Both the position numbers and the translations under genes were made by a program. Below the pieces are notes generated by a model that was given only the letters and a program-made list of their open reading frames with translations, searched no databases and was not told the DNA's origin. Of a stretch of 64,000 nucleotides of DNA, positions 11,954-25,000 are shown in pieces; within the stretch, counting starts at the first letter, position 1, and each line of letters opens with the position of its first letter. The DNA comes from Dictyostelium discoideum. Taxonomy: Eukaryota. Location: the NCBI GenBank assembly GCA_000004695.1, contig CM000152.2:4608001-4672000 (forward strand). Reading direction: 5' to 3'.

Positions 11954-13317
11954 TTATATTTTAAGTTTGCTATTTTTGTTGTTGTTGTTTGTTGTTTTAT
12001 TGCAGTAAAAAGTTCACATATTATTTTAATATTAATATAAATTTTTAAAATCCTTTTTTATTTTTATTTTTTTTTTTATCTATCATTGTTTGCAAATACA
12101 ATTAAAAATTTATATTATAAATCTGAATCTTTCAATGTATGAACTCAATATTATTAATTTTATTAAATAATAAAATTTAATTTTAAAATTATAATTAAAT
12201 AAAAAAATTATTTGAAAAAAAAAAAAAACAAATAAAAAAAAAAAATTCTATAAATAAAGAATATTTTATTTAATTTTATTTAAAATTTTTTTTTTTTTTT
12301 TTTTTAATTTTAATTTTAATTTTATTTTTTTTATTTTATAATAATTTAAATGGTTTTCTTTTTTTTCTTTTTTTTTTTTTATTTGGTTAAAAATTGATGT
12401 TTTTTTTTATTAAAAAAATTATATTTTTAGTTATACTTTTAAAATAAAAATTGATATTGCCTTAAATATCATTGGTTGAGAATAAAATTTTAAAAGGTCA
12501 AAAACAGCATGATCAATCAAATTTGGTTTTTTTTTTTTTTCAAAAAAAATATATTTTTTTTTAATTTTGGAGAAAAAACAATTTTTTTTTGAATTATTTT
12601 TCTTTTTTTTTTTTTTTTTTTTTTAATTTTTTTTTTTTCAAAATCAGTTCCTTTTTTTATTTTTATTTTTTTTTATTTTTTTTTTATTTAATAATCCACC
12701 AAATAAATAACATTATCCGTTATATACTTTTTTTTTTTAAAATTTTTTTTTTTTTATTGTCTGTTGTTGTATTTTTATATTTATTAAGTAATTTTTGTAT
12801 TTTTAACAACACCACTTTTCATCACGACACGCTCTCCCCATCAAATCTCATTTTCCAAGATCTAGATTAAATATAACATTGTGGTAAGATTTCAAAAAAA
12901 AATTTTTTTTTTTTCCTCTTTTTTTTTTTTTTTTAAAAATAATAATATTATATTTTTGTCAATATTAACAAACTAACCCTACCCACACTCTCTAATCAAA
13001 AAAATAAAAAAATAAAAAAATAAAAAAATAAAAAATAAAAAATAATAATAAAAAAAATAAATAATAAAAATAATAAATAATAAAAAAAATAAATAATAAA
13101 AATAATAAATAAAAAAAAAAAAAAATAAAAATAAAAATACATATTTATTAATTGACAATTAAAAGTAATATTAAAATAAATTATTATTATTTTAATAATA
13201 ATAAATAAATAAAGAAGAGAAGAGAAGAAAAAAGAAAAAAAAAAAATAAAAATTTAAAAAAAAAGAAAAATAATAATAATAAAATAATAATAAAGTAATA
13301 ATAATAATAATAATAAA

Positions 13318-16300
13318 ATGGAACAATTATTAGAAGCAATTAGTGATGCAGTATCATCAATGGTATTATATTCAGTTGAAGCAGATGAAAGTAATGCAGC
13401 AATTCCAAATATTTTACCAGGAGCACAAGGTGTAAAATCAACGGTTGATTATTTAGTTGATTTAGCTTCAAAGAGTGCAGCATTATGGGACAACTTTAAT
13501 CAACCAGATATGAAAGTGAAAATGATTGACACATGTGATAAAATTAAAGAATCAACAGGATTCTTATTGGAATCAGCAACGATTCTCTCAAATATGCCAT
13601 TCAATAAACCAGCTAAAAAGATTCTATTAAAGGGTGCAAAGGGTATTATGGAGCATATGGTAGTACTATTGCAACAAGCCGATCTCTATGAGGTCACTCG
13701 TTTAATTAGATATTGCAGACGTTGCGAGAGTAAATTAAAGATTTTCATTGGTTTAGATCCTGGTGAAACCTTTTTCGCTACAGCTGCTCAAGATTTTGTT
13801 ACATCCACAGTTGAAGTTGGTAAAATCGTTACCAAACGTATTGGTGAAATCGATGACTACGCTCTAAAGAAACGTTTCGAAGAAGCAAATAGTTCTCTTA
13901 AAGTTGAAGTCCCAGTTGTCCTCCAACATTTTGCCTACTACCAAAGAGATGCTAACGATAGACATTCCTTTGATCAAGGTCATATCGTTGCTAAAACTAT
14001 CTTTTCAATCATTGATGAAATTATTACAGTCGCTCGTTTATCTGCAAAATCACCATTTGATTTATCAATGATTCAAGGTCTTGATCTTCGTGATGATGAT
14101 GATCTTAAAGATGTTAATATTTTAATTTCTCAAGAGAAATCAAGATTATTATCTGCAATTGAAGGTTAGTAATAATAATAATAATAATAATTAATAATTA
14201 ATGATTTTTTTTTATATATTAATTTTTATTTTTTTTTTTTTTTATTTTTTTAAAAAACATTTAGCTGGTGATGGTAAAGAAGCATCAAGAGCATTAAAAG
14301 CAATTAAAAAAGGATTAACAGATCAAATTGTTATATCAAAAGCATTAGCAAAATCAACAGATAATCCAATTGAAAAGAAGAGATTAGAAGATGCAGCAAG
14401 AAATGCAGAATTTATATTGGATAGTATTGTTGCACAATTTGGTCAAGCAGTTGAAGAATTATTATCAAGACCAGATAATTCAATACTTTTCAATAGATTA
14501 AAAGCAAATTTAGATACTATTATGGAGGCATCTGACCAAATGGTAACAAGTTCAGCACGTTTATCATCGAATGATGTTTCAGAGGCAACAAAGAATTTAG
14601 AAGAATTAATTGAAAAGGTTAGAGGTAATATATCAAAGAGTGAATTTGAAAAACTTGCAGTAAACATACCATTACTTCAACCAACATTTAATGATATTTT
14701 AGATATTGTCGATGGAATTGCAATGGGTACTCAAGACGCAACCATTAAACAAAGTCTCGAATTTGCAAGTAAGGAAGGTAGAAACAGAGGCTCAGAGATC
14801 ATTGGTAGATTGGAACAATTATCAAAACAACTCGAAAAGAATCCAAATAATAAACGTGAAATCGAATTGGAAATGAATCAATTATTGACTCAATTGAATC
14901 AAATTGGTAGAGATCTTTTGAAAGCCGTTTCATTGGGTACTTCGAATCAAATCTATGAAACTCATAAATCCATTGAAGAGAATTTAGCAAAACTTAAACA
15001 AGCCGTACTTTCAAATGACCAAAAAGAAGTCACCACTGCTTTACGTGCAATTAGAAAAGGTATGAATGATCAATTGAATATCGCCAAATCAATTGAACGT
15101 ATCACAGAGGACCAACAAATGAAAGATGCCCTACAAGCTGCAATCTTAAAGGCTGATGAAGAATTGAATGATTTAATTAAGAATCTTTACACTTCAACTC
15201 AAGAGGCAATGTTAGATTCATCAAATCCAAAAGCAATCGCTAAATTGGATGAATCAATTCGTGGTATCGATGAAATGAATCAAAGTTTTTTAGGTGCAGT
15301 TTCTCGTGATATCATGACTGAAAACACTAAACAAATGGAATTGAAATTGGCTCAATTGGTTCATTCATTGAAATCTGGTGATCAACAATTGACCGTTCAA
15401 GTTTTAAAAGGTGTCATTGAAGATATAAAGAAACAAGGTTTAGTAGCTGAATTGGCTTCAAATTCAATCAAAGACTCTGATGAACATCGTGCAAATCGTA
15501 TTAAAGAGAGAGCTGTCGATTTAACAAATACCGGTCCAAATTTGGTTAAATCAGTTAAAGCAAATCTAATTGAAATGAATTCTGATAATTTATCAGCATT
15601 GGTTCAAAATATTGGTCAAATTCGTGAAACAAATAAAGATTTAAATAATGCTGTTTTCATGAGTACCGAAGAGGAACTCTTGGAAAATTCAGCAAAGATT
15701 GATCAAGAGATGAGAAGAATTCAAACCGCTTTAGCCAATGGTAAACCAATTACAGAACAAGAGATAAACTCATTAATGAAGAAAATGAATAACCAAATTC
15801 GTTTGGCTCATCAACATGCTAAATCAATGAAAGATCCAAATTCAAAGAAAATCCTATTGGATACAACTGATAATTTAAATAAATTGGTATCATTATTGGT
15901 TGATGCTTGTAAACAATCAATTGATAATCCATCCGATGAGAAAGCAAAACAAAAAGTTAAAGATCTTTTGAATGAAGCAATCAAGGCCAACTTGGATTTA
16001 ATTGGTAATAGTTTCTCAACTGCTGAAGAATTGGTTTATGGTACTCCAAATCTTTTGAAATTAATTTCAAAACTTGAAGAGGCAATGGCAAATGGTGATC
16101 TCGATGAGATTAAACGTTGTTTCAAAGAATTGAATGAGGAACTTTCAAAACAACTATTCTTGGCTAGAATTGCTGAAGCTTCAATCACTGATCCAGAGAG
16201 AAAGAAACAATTATTAGAAGCAATTGCTGATTTAGAAAGATTACAAACTGATCTTTATCCATCGGTTATGGAATTCATTTCAAATCCAAACTCTAAGGAA

Positions 16301-18772
16301 GCTCGTGAGAATTTACAACAACTTTTAAGAAAATTAAAGAATGATGTTGAACGTGTTTCTTCAATCTCTTCAACCTCTCCTTCTGAACATCTTGAAAGTA
16401 AATCATATGCTGTCGCCAATGAATTGAATAAGGTTGAACGTGGTTTACATTCAAATAATCAAGCTGAAGTTAATGATGGTGCAAATAAAGCAATCGCTGG
16501 TATTAAACAACAAATTCAACTCTCTAAACATATCGCTGAACATACTGATAATATTGCTCAAAAGAGAGAAATCATCGATTTATCTGATCGTCTTGAAAAA
16601 CAAGCATTGGTTTTACAACAAGCTATCAAAGAATCATTGGCAAATCCATCATCTGCCGCTCATAAAGAAAAAGTTTATCAAGCTTCATGTGCTACTCGTA
16701 CTTTAATGGCTCAATTAATTGCTGCATCATCTTCAAAAGTACCAGAGGAACAAATTATTACCACTGCTCAATCAATTAAAAGAGATCTTGATAATTTATC
16801 CATTGCATTGGCAAAGGGTGGTAAAGATGCTGAAAAAGCAATTAAAGAATTTAAATCTGGCGAAACTAAACAAAAGATTGAATTATTGAAAGCCTATGCT
16901 TCAAAAGTTCAAAATCCACATCAAAAGAAACAAATCAATCAAGCAATTGCACAATTAGAGGAAAATGTTAAACAATCAATTGATTTCGTTGAGAAAACTA
17001 TTGGTACTACTACTGATAAGCCATCAACTGTTGAACAACAAAAGAAATTAAAAGAATTGATTGATAATAGTTCAGTTGCTGCTAATCAAGTGATTTCAGT
17101 TTCAACAGGTTCAAATGAAGATCGTTTACTTTCAAAAGCTGTTAAAATCAATGAAACCCTCGATAGAATTTCAAAATCTGCACATGGTGGTAATAAGGCT
17201 GATGTAGATTCAAATGTTAAAGAGTTGAGAGAAGAATTGGGTGATACCATTCAATTGATTAAACAAGCATCAGAGAATGTTAAAGATCCACATAAAAAAG
17301 TTGCCCTCAATGAAATTGCAGAAAAATTAAAATTAGTTTCACAACCAATTTCAAATGCTGCAAATAATACTATTTCAAAACCATCTGATAACGCTTCAAA
17401 GACTGAATTAAATAATCTCATCAATCAAACTAAAGAACTTTTGGGTAAAGCAGTTGTAAACTCTACAAACAATGATAATCCAACCCAACAATTGGATCAA
17501 GTACTTTATAAAGCAAGTAATGATATCAATCGTTTAAATAATGCAGTTGAAAGTGGTGATCAAAAATCAATTGGTGATTCATTAACTAATCTTAAAGACA
17601 CTGAAAATAGATTGAAAATACTTGGTAATTCATTACCATCCAATTCTGTAGAGAGTGAAAAAGTTAAGAAATCAATTCAAGAAATTAGTAATCAAGTTTT
17701 ACCAAGTATCATTAATAATGCAACCGTGATTTTAACTCAACCAAAAGATTCAAATAATTCTAAATCCATTGTTAATAAGGAATCAAAGAAAGCTTTATCA
17801 GATTTATCAAATGTTATCTCTATCACTAATAAATCACCAGAAGAGAAAATCATTGCAAATGGTACCGTTCTTCATCGTGATACTGATCAATTGAATACTT
17901 CCACTAAACAATCAAAAATTGATCCAACTCAAGTTCAAAATAATGTTGATACAATCTATAAAACTGTTGCTGAACAAACTTTATTAGCACGTGCTTTAGC
18001 TAATCAAACTTCAAATACATCAAGAAAACAATCTTTACAAGATAAATCTGATCAATTAGAGAAACTTTTACCAGAATTAGAAAAAGCCAATAAAGATATT
18101 CAATCATCCGCTTCAAGTGGTAAACCAGTTGATAAGCAAATGGTTGATAGACTTGATAAAATTACCAATGATATTAAATCAATCAATCAATCAATTGTTA
18201 GTGAAGCAATTAATGAAAAATTAGAGAAAGAACATAAAGAGAGAGAAATTCGTGAAGCCGCCTATAGAGAGGAACAAGAAAGATTAAGACGTGAAAAGGA
18301 AGAAAGAGAAAAAGCTCAACAAGATGAAGTTTTAGCTGCTGCTCAAAAAATCGCTGAAAGAACTAAAAATCTCAATAAAGATCAAACTCCAGAAGGTAAA
18401 CTTTATAGTACCGCTCAAGGTATCGCTGGTATCATGAGAGATCTTTCAATTGCTGCCACTACTAATGATAAGAAGGGTATGATCACTTGTTCGAAACTCT
18501 TGGCTGAACAAGTAGCTCTTTACCTTCAACAAGCTAAAGAAACCGCTTCTAAATGTACTGATCCAAAATTAAAAGAACAAATTATTACTGCTGCTCAAGC
18601 CGCTAAAAATTTCACTGTTCAACTTAAAATTATTGCTGCTGTTAAAGCCGCTAGCGATGATGATGATCCAAGTTCAAATAAACAACAATTGGTTAAATGT
18701 GCTAAAGGTTTAGCAAAAGCTATCGTTGGTACTATTAATGCTGTAGAAATTGGTCAAATTAGAGTAAAATAA
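13318..18772 (+). CDS. Vinculin/alpha-catenin-family protein, about 1784 aa. Exon 1 is 13318-14164, the intron is 14165-14264 (GTTAGT...TAG, phase 1) and exon 2 is 14265-18772.
   Basis: The N-terminus aligns to vinculin domain D1 (AIPNILPGAQGVKSTVDYLVDLASKS; RLIRYCRRCESKLKIF). The C-terminal about 150 aa aligns to the vinculin tail (ITCSKLLAEQVALYLQQAKETASKCTDPKLKEQIITAAQAAKNFTVQLKIIAAVKA versus vinculin [57 protein letters not shown]). The middle is a long helical-bundle region. The splice joins the two ORFs in frame. Confidence 0.85.
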
Positions 18773-19023
18773 AAAAATAAAAATTAAAATTAAAATAATA
18801 TATAAAAAAAAAAAAAAATGGATTATAAATAGAATTTCTGGATTTGGAAAATGTCCTAATTTTTTTTTTTTTTTTTTTTAACTAAAAGATATTAATTGGT
18901 TTAAAATAACTGATTGGTCACTAATTTTAAATATAAAAGTTGGTTGTATATAATTAAAAAAAAAAAAAAATTAAATTTTTAATTCAAAAAATCATGATAT
19001 TTTTCTTTTTTTTTTTTAATTAT

Positions 19024-19035
19024 GACTCCCATAAA
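19024..19035 (+). promoter_or_regulatory. DUSE-like box (CTCCCATAAA) about 60 nt upstream of the candidate ncRNA.
   Basis: It matches the Dictyostelium upstream sequence element consensus (A/T)CCCA(C/T)AA found about 60 nt upstream of D. discoideum ncRNA genes. Confidence 0.45.
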
Positions 19036-19092
19036 TTAATATTTTTATTAAAACAAATACAACAAAAATTTTTAAAACATTATTATTAATTT

Positions 19093-19333
19093 GAGGAGAG
19101 ATTAAAGGTGCAGGGCGGTCAGCTACTTCGTTCATTAATTTAATTAAAATTTGCCGTAACTTGAAATTACCGTAATCATTTGATAACTTCTGTGTATAAA
19201 ATTGGAGTTCATATGAGGAGAATCAGATTCTGATTGATCTTTCGTGAACAATCCAAAAACTGACCCCGCAAACACTTAATAATAACTCCTTTTGGCAATT
19301 TGAATTTTAATCTTTAAGACAAGTTTTTTTTTA
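19093..19333 (+). ncRNA. Candidate structured small RNA (about 240 nt, polymerase-III-like: DUSE upstream, T9 terminator). Identity unresolved: it has partial SRP-RNA Alu-domain-like features plus U6/U3-like boxes.
   Basis: This is a G+C-enriched island inside an AT desert, between two convergent genes. A 5' segment GGTGCAGGGCGGTCAGCTACTTCG can pair with the 3' segment CTGACCCCGCA to form a terminal helix. CAGCUACU and GACCCCG resemble 7SL helix 3/4 and the 3' end. The internal palindrome is AATCAGATTCTGATT. The locus ends at TTTTTTTTT (19325-19333). Confidence 0.4.
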
Positions 19334-19624
19334 CTTTTTTTATTTATTTTTTTTTTTAACATTTATTAACTAAACGGATAAAGTAAATAAGTAATTAATA
19401 GGTTTATTTATGAATCTTTAATTTTTTAAAATAAAATTTTTATTTTGGTTTAGACAGAATTTTGATTATAGAGTTGTTTTTTAAAAAAAAATAATAATAG
19501 TATAAATAAAATATAAATTTAAAAAATAAAAAATAAAAAATAAATCAAATAAAAAAACAACTAAATTAAAATTTTAATTTTAGTTTATTTTATTTTTTTA
19601 ATTTTTAAAAAGTTATTTTATTTA

Positions 19625-21268
19625 TTATTTATTTCCAACACTAACAAGAGTATTTGGTCTAGATATTGATAAATGTTCAATTGATTTATCAAAATCACCA
19701 ACATAAATTGGTTCCCATTGACCAAAATAATCAATTTGTTGTTGATTTGTTAAATTTTTAATCCAATTTTGATTATGATCATCTTTATTATTTTGATTAT
19801 ACCATAGATTTTGATTATCTAAAACCACTTTAAATAAATCATCAACAGCTATTTTATGATGAACCTTAACATTATCAGTTAATAAATGTAAACCAGGATT
19901 TGTATTTACCTCCAATAGCATTGGTTCCATTTGATCATTCAATAAAATATCGAAACCTAATAATTCAAAAGAACCTTTATTATGACCATTTCTTGGCCAA
20001 CTTTTAATGGTTGTAATCACTAATTTCTTAATTTTTTCATTTAATTCATTTTCCCATTGAACTTTGTTTTCACTATCAGCTGATAAATAATCTTTAAATT
20101 GTGACAATGACCATTGATTACTAACTTTTGACCATTTATTTTTATCTTTTGAAAAATCTTTTTGAACTTGATAATTACTAAGATGGACGAATCTATCATT
20201 TAAATCATCATTTGAATACTCTATTGAACAGAATCTAAGATAACATTCTCTAAATTTAAAAATTATTAACGGATTTAAACTCTTTACCAAAACAAATTGT
20301 CTAATATCAAACTTTGTATTTTCAATGGTATATGGTGATTCAATATATTTTTGTACAATAAATTCATCATTTCCTTGTGCTGAATATTCAAGTAATAAAT
20401 TTAAATCATCAAAAATTCTAATACCAACTCCTCTTGCATTTGCACTTGGTTTACAAATCCAAATATTTTTATTACCATCAATATGATTTTGAATTGGATA
20501 AATTATTAATTCTTCTTTATCATTTTCTAATATTATTTCTTTTTCATTGGTTGTTGTTGTTGTTGTTGTTGAAATTATATTTTCACCATAATGATTATTA
20601 AAATTTAATAATTCATCATTTGAAATTCCAACTAATTTTTCATTATTATTTTTAATTTTATTATTATTATTATTATTATTTTTTAATCTATTGAAATCCT
20701 TTATAAATGCTTTCTTTTCTAATGGGTTTGATAAAATATATGATCTTGGGAATATTTTAGAAATTTCATCTTTTAATTCTTTATCTCCATTTTGATATAA
20801 TTTATTCATATTTTTTGTTAAACCTGATTTTGATCCAATTTCATCATGATTTATAAAATGATTTACAATTTGATCTTTATTTCTTACTCCTAACATTTCC
20901 CAACACCAACTCCATTTAATATCAAATCCTCTTTTTTTAATTATTATTAATATTAATTTTTATTTTATCTTTATATATTATAATAATTAATATATTTACC
21001 TTGATATTGATTTACTTTCAGCATAACCTCTTTGAATTAAAGCCTCTCTAATTAATGTATGATTTGACGAAATTTGATCAATTTTAAATATCTTTTTTCT
21101 ATTCCTAATTGACTCTTTAATCTTTTCAAGATCAAAAGAATTTTGTGAATCCGGTTGTTTGGTGGTAGCAGTTAAAGTTTCAACCACATCTTCATTGATA
21201 TCAGTTGAACTATTAATAAAAGTACAAATAAATAATATAAAAACAATTAACACCACTAATTTCATCAT
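19625..21268 (-). CDS. Tubulin-tyrosine-ligase-like (TTL/TTLL) protein, about 524 aa. Exon 1 is 21000-21268, the intron is about 20931-20999 (GTAAAT...AG, phase 2) and exon 2 is 19625-20930.
   Basis: Exon 2 carries the TTL ATP-grasp core (IWICKPSANARGVGIRIF, FDIRQFVLV, SFELLGFDILLNDQMEPMLLEVNTNPGL). Exon 1 plus the start of exon 2 carries the TTL N-terminal motifs (TLIREALIQRGYAE ... DIKWSWCWEM ... QIVNHFINHDEIGSKSGLTKNM). The N-terminus MMKLVVLIVFILFICTF is strongly hydrophobic. Confidence 0.85.
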
Positions 21269-21487
21269 TGTCGGCTTTTAATAAAATAATATCTTTTTTT
21301 TTTTAAAAATAATTTTAATTTTTTTTTTTTTTGATTTGTATTGGGATTTTTTTTTTTTTTCACCACCAACCACCATTTTTCATGAATAAAAAAAAAAAAA
21401 AAAGATATTTTTATAAATAAATAAATAAATAAAAAAAAAAAAGATATTTGTATAATATTTTATTTTTATTATTTTTTTTTTATATAA

Positions 21488-21965
21488 TTAATTAGTTTCA
21501 TCATCATTTGTATCGCTAAAATATTCTTCAGAAGATGAAGATTGTTCTTCAAATGGTTGATTATCGAAATCATCTTGATCATTTTCATAATCAGTAAAAG
21601 TTGATTCTGGTGATTGAGGTGGTTCAATACCAACATCACTCATTAATTGTACAACCTTTTCTATTGTTGAAACTAAAATTTGTTTTTGTTCAATTCTATA
21701 TTGTAATACCATTTTCATTTGTTCTGATGATTGAAGATCAATTTCACTATTTGATGAATTATCATTTTCATCATCACTATCATTAGTATTATTTTTATTA
21801 TTATCATTATCATTACCACTACAACTATCATTTCTTTGTTTCTTTTTCTTTTGTTCATTATTACTAGTATTATTAAAATCTTTATTACTATTATTTTCGG
21901 TATTATTATTATTATTATCTAATGATAAATTATCAATATCATTTTCATTGTTATTTTCACCACCT

Positions 21966-22026
<61 letters not shown>

Positions 22027-25000
22027 TACTATTACTATTACTACTACTATTATTATTCATTGAATCTAATAAATGTTGATCTTCAATAAAAGTTGAAGAG
22101 AAATTTTTTAAAAGTGATAAACCTAATTGATATAAAGTTTGTAATACTGTTGATTCATTTCTTAGATTAATTGGATTCCAAATATCAATGAATGGATTAA
22201 ATTCTTTTTGAGTTAAAAGGATTACACGTAAACATGCGAAATTCTTTGAAGGTATTCTATCTTTTCTAAGGAAATGAGAATCTGCAACTAAATTATTTTT
22301 TTCTAATAATCTATCTTTTGCATCTTTTAATTGTTTTTTCTCTCTTTTACTTAAAATTTCTTCACCATTTTCATCATATTGTTTAATTTCATCATATTCC
22401 TCTTCTTGTTCTTCTTTTTCTTTTTCTTCATCTTCTTCTTCTTGATCTTCTTCTAATTCATAACCAATATGAAGACTATCATAAATATTATTTGGTATAA
22501 TGAAACCATAATAAAGTGCTAATTCCCAATTTTGAAGTGCACCATAATGTAAAAATATTTGATTATTTGCAGGAATATTACATGAGGAGATCATTTTAAA
22601 AGATTGACTATCATGATCAAAGAATCTTTCAGAGATTTGAGCATTTGTATGATGATTAATCATATCAGCCATTGGTACTAAACAACTTTTAATTGAACCA
22701 TCAATTTTTAATTGAATAGCTCTACTATCCAATAAAGAACGTGCCCATAAGAAATTCTCCCAAGAGAATTGTGACTCTGGGAAAATATCAGGATATTGTT
22801 TTGATAACTCTGGGAATAAATAATCTCTAAATGAATTCAATTGTTGTTTAGTATGTAATGTCTCTTCAAACAAATTGGTACCTTCTAATTCCAACAACTC
22901 GGTTGCAGAGTAATGAATCGATGTTGTGAAATATGATGGCAATGTGTCATAGAATGGTCTCCAAAATGAGTTTGCATTCCCTTTTTCATAGATCACAAAT
23001 AGGAATAGTATAGTATCATCATTTAAATGAAGTTCTTCAAAGATTGGACCTAAAATTGGATGAGCTTTAGCCACATCAACATTGATTAAATATTTCTTTG
23101 GTACTACAACAACCGCTTCATTTTCATCGACTTTTTTCGTTGTAACAACACCTCTACCAGTTGAATCAGTGAAATTTGCAATTTGTAACTTTGGGAATTG
23201 AACACCACCTGCTTTCAGCCAATTTTCAAATCTTTTATAAACTTCATCTGAAGGTTTAATAAATGGTACTGATTTAATTGTTGGTTTTGAAAATTGATTC
23301 TTTAAATTTGATAATTGAATTAATGATCTTTCAATTATTGATAAATGAAATTTATAATATTTTTCAATTTCATTTAATAAATTATTATTAATTTTAAAAT
23401 TATTATTATTATTATTATTAATATTTAATGTATTTGAAATTTGATTTAATTTTTTAGTGATTTTAATTAAAATCATTGTAAATTCTTTTGATAAATAAAC
23501 CAAAGATTCCATTTCATTACGTAAATTAATCATTGTTGATAATTGATCATCTTCATAAAAATAACCTTCAGTTTCTCTTAATTTTGATAATCTTGTTAAT
23601 TCTAATAAATTAATACCTAAAATATTCTCTTGTGATAAATAATCTAAATAATAACCTTCTTTATTATTATTATTATTATTACTATTACTATTGTTATTAT
23701 TGTTATTGGTTTGTGATTTTTTAAAACTACTTGTACTATTATGAATTAATGTTGATGAATTTATTTCATTCTTTTGTTGTTGTTGTTGTTGTTGTTGTTG
23801 TTTTTGTAATTGTTGTTGTTGTTGTTTACCTAAATGATTATCTAAAATTGATTTTTTAACTTTCATTAATTTAATTTCTCTTTGTAATTCATCTTTATCA
23901 GTAAATAATTGTTCTAATTGATTAATTGGTTTAAATACTTGAATTTCAAATTTAATTGAACTCATTTCTTCTTCATCTAAAATTGTATAACCATAAAATA
24001 ATAATAACTCTTCATTACTATATAAATCGAATTGATAATCATCAATTAATGATTGAGAATCATCAAAACTATTACTACTTAAATATCTTAATAAACTATT
24101 TGAACTATTTTGTTTTGTTTTAGCTAAAACACTACTTTGTTGTTGTTGTTCAGTTTGTTGATTTTGTTTTATTCTTTTATTAAATTCAGAGATTGTAATG
24201 ATTTCAATATTTTCTAATTGAATTGGTGAATCTTTAAATAAAGCTGTATTTAAAACTGCAACTAATTCACTAAATGATTCATCATCATTCTCTAATGATG
24301 AAAGGAATAAATTTGAATGATTTCTAGGTGATGATAATAATGATGACGTTGTAGTGGTAGTAGTAGTAGTGGTGGTGGTGGTTGGTGAATCAGTTGATAT
24401 TGATATTGGTGATGTTTTATTATTTAATAAAGTTTTAATTTGTTTATAAATATTTGATTGAATTATATAATGTGGTAATGGTAAGAATGATTTAAAAGAA
24501 ATATTTGGTAATGTTACATTTACAATTGAAGCAACTCTAATATAATTATAAGATCTATATAAACATGATTCTAATTTATTATAGATTTTATCTGATTGTT
24601 CATTCTCTGATGTTTTAAATCCAATAAATGTAATAATCCATTTAAATACAACATCTAAATCTAATTTAATCTTATTAAATTCAAAATTTAAATCTAAATA
24701 ATTACATGTTGAACTATTATTATTATTATTATCATCATTATTATTATTATTTAAAACTATATTTTGAAATTCATTAAAATTTGTTATTGGAGTTGAAATG
24801 TTTATTAAATTTTGAATGATTTCAAAATAAGATAAAGTTGAAACTTTTGATGATGAAAAGTTTAAATTTGAAGATTTCTTTAAACTTGATCTTGTGGTAT
24901 TTGTTAATGATGGTTCAATGATTGAAGTTTGATAATATTCTGAAACCAAGAATAATAACATTACGAAATCATCAATTGATAATGATAGATTTGAGAATGT

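Noticed and set aside
19160-19300. U6 snRNA identity for the ncRNA candidate
   Set aside because: Only short blocks (AUAAAAUUGGA, UUCGUGAA) match. The invariant ACAGAGA and AGC-triad context are absent (AUGAGGAGAA instead), and U6 is normally more than 80% conserved across eukaryotes. I also considered U6atac and rejected it: a minor spliceosome is not known in dictyostelids and the match is weak.
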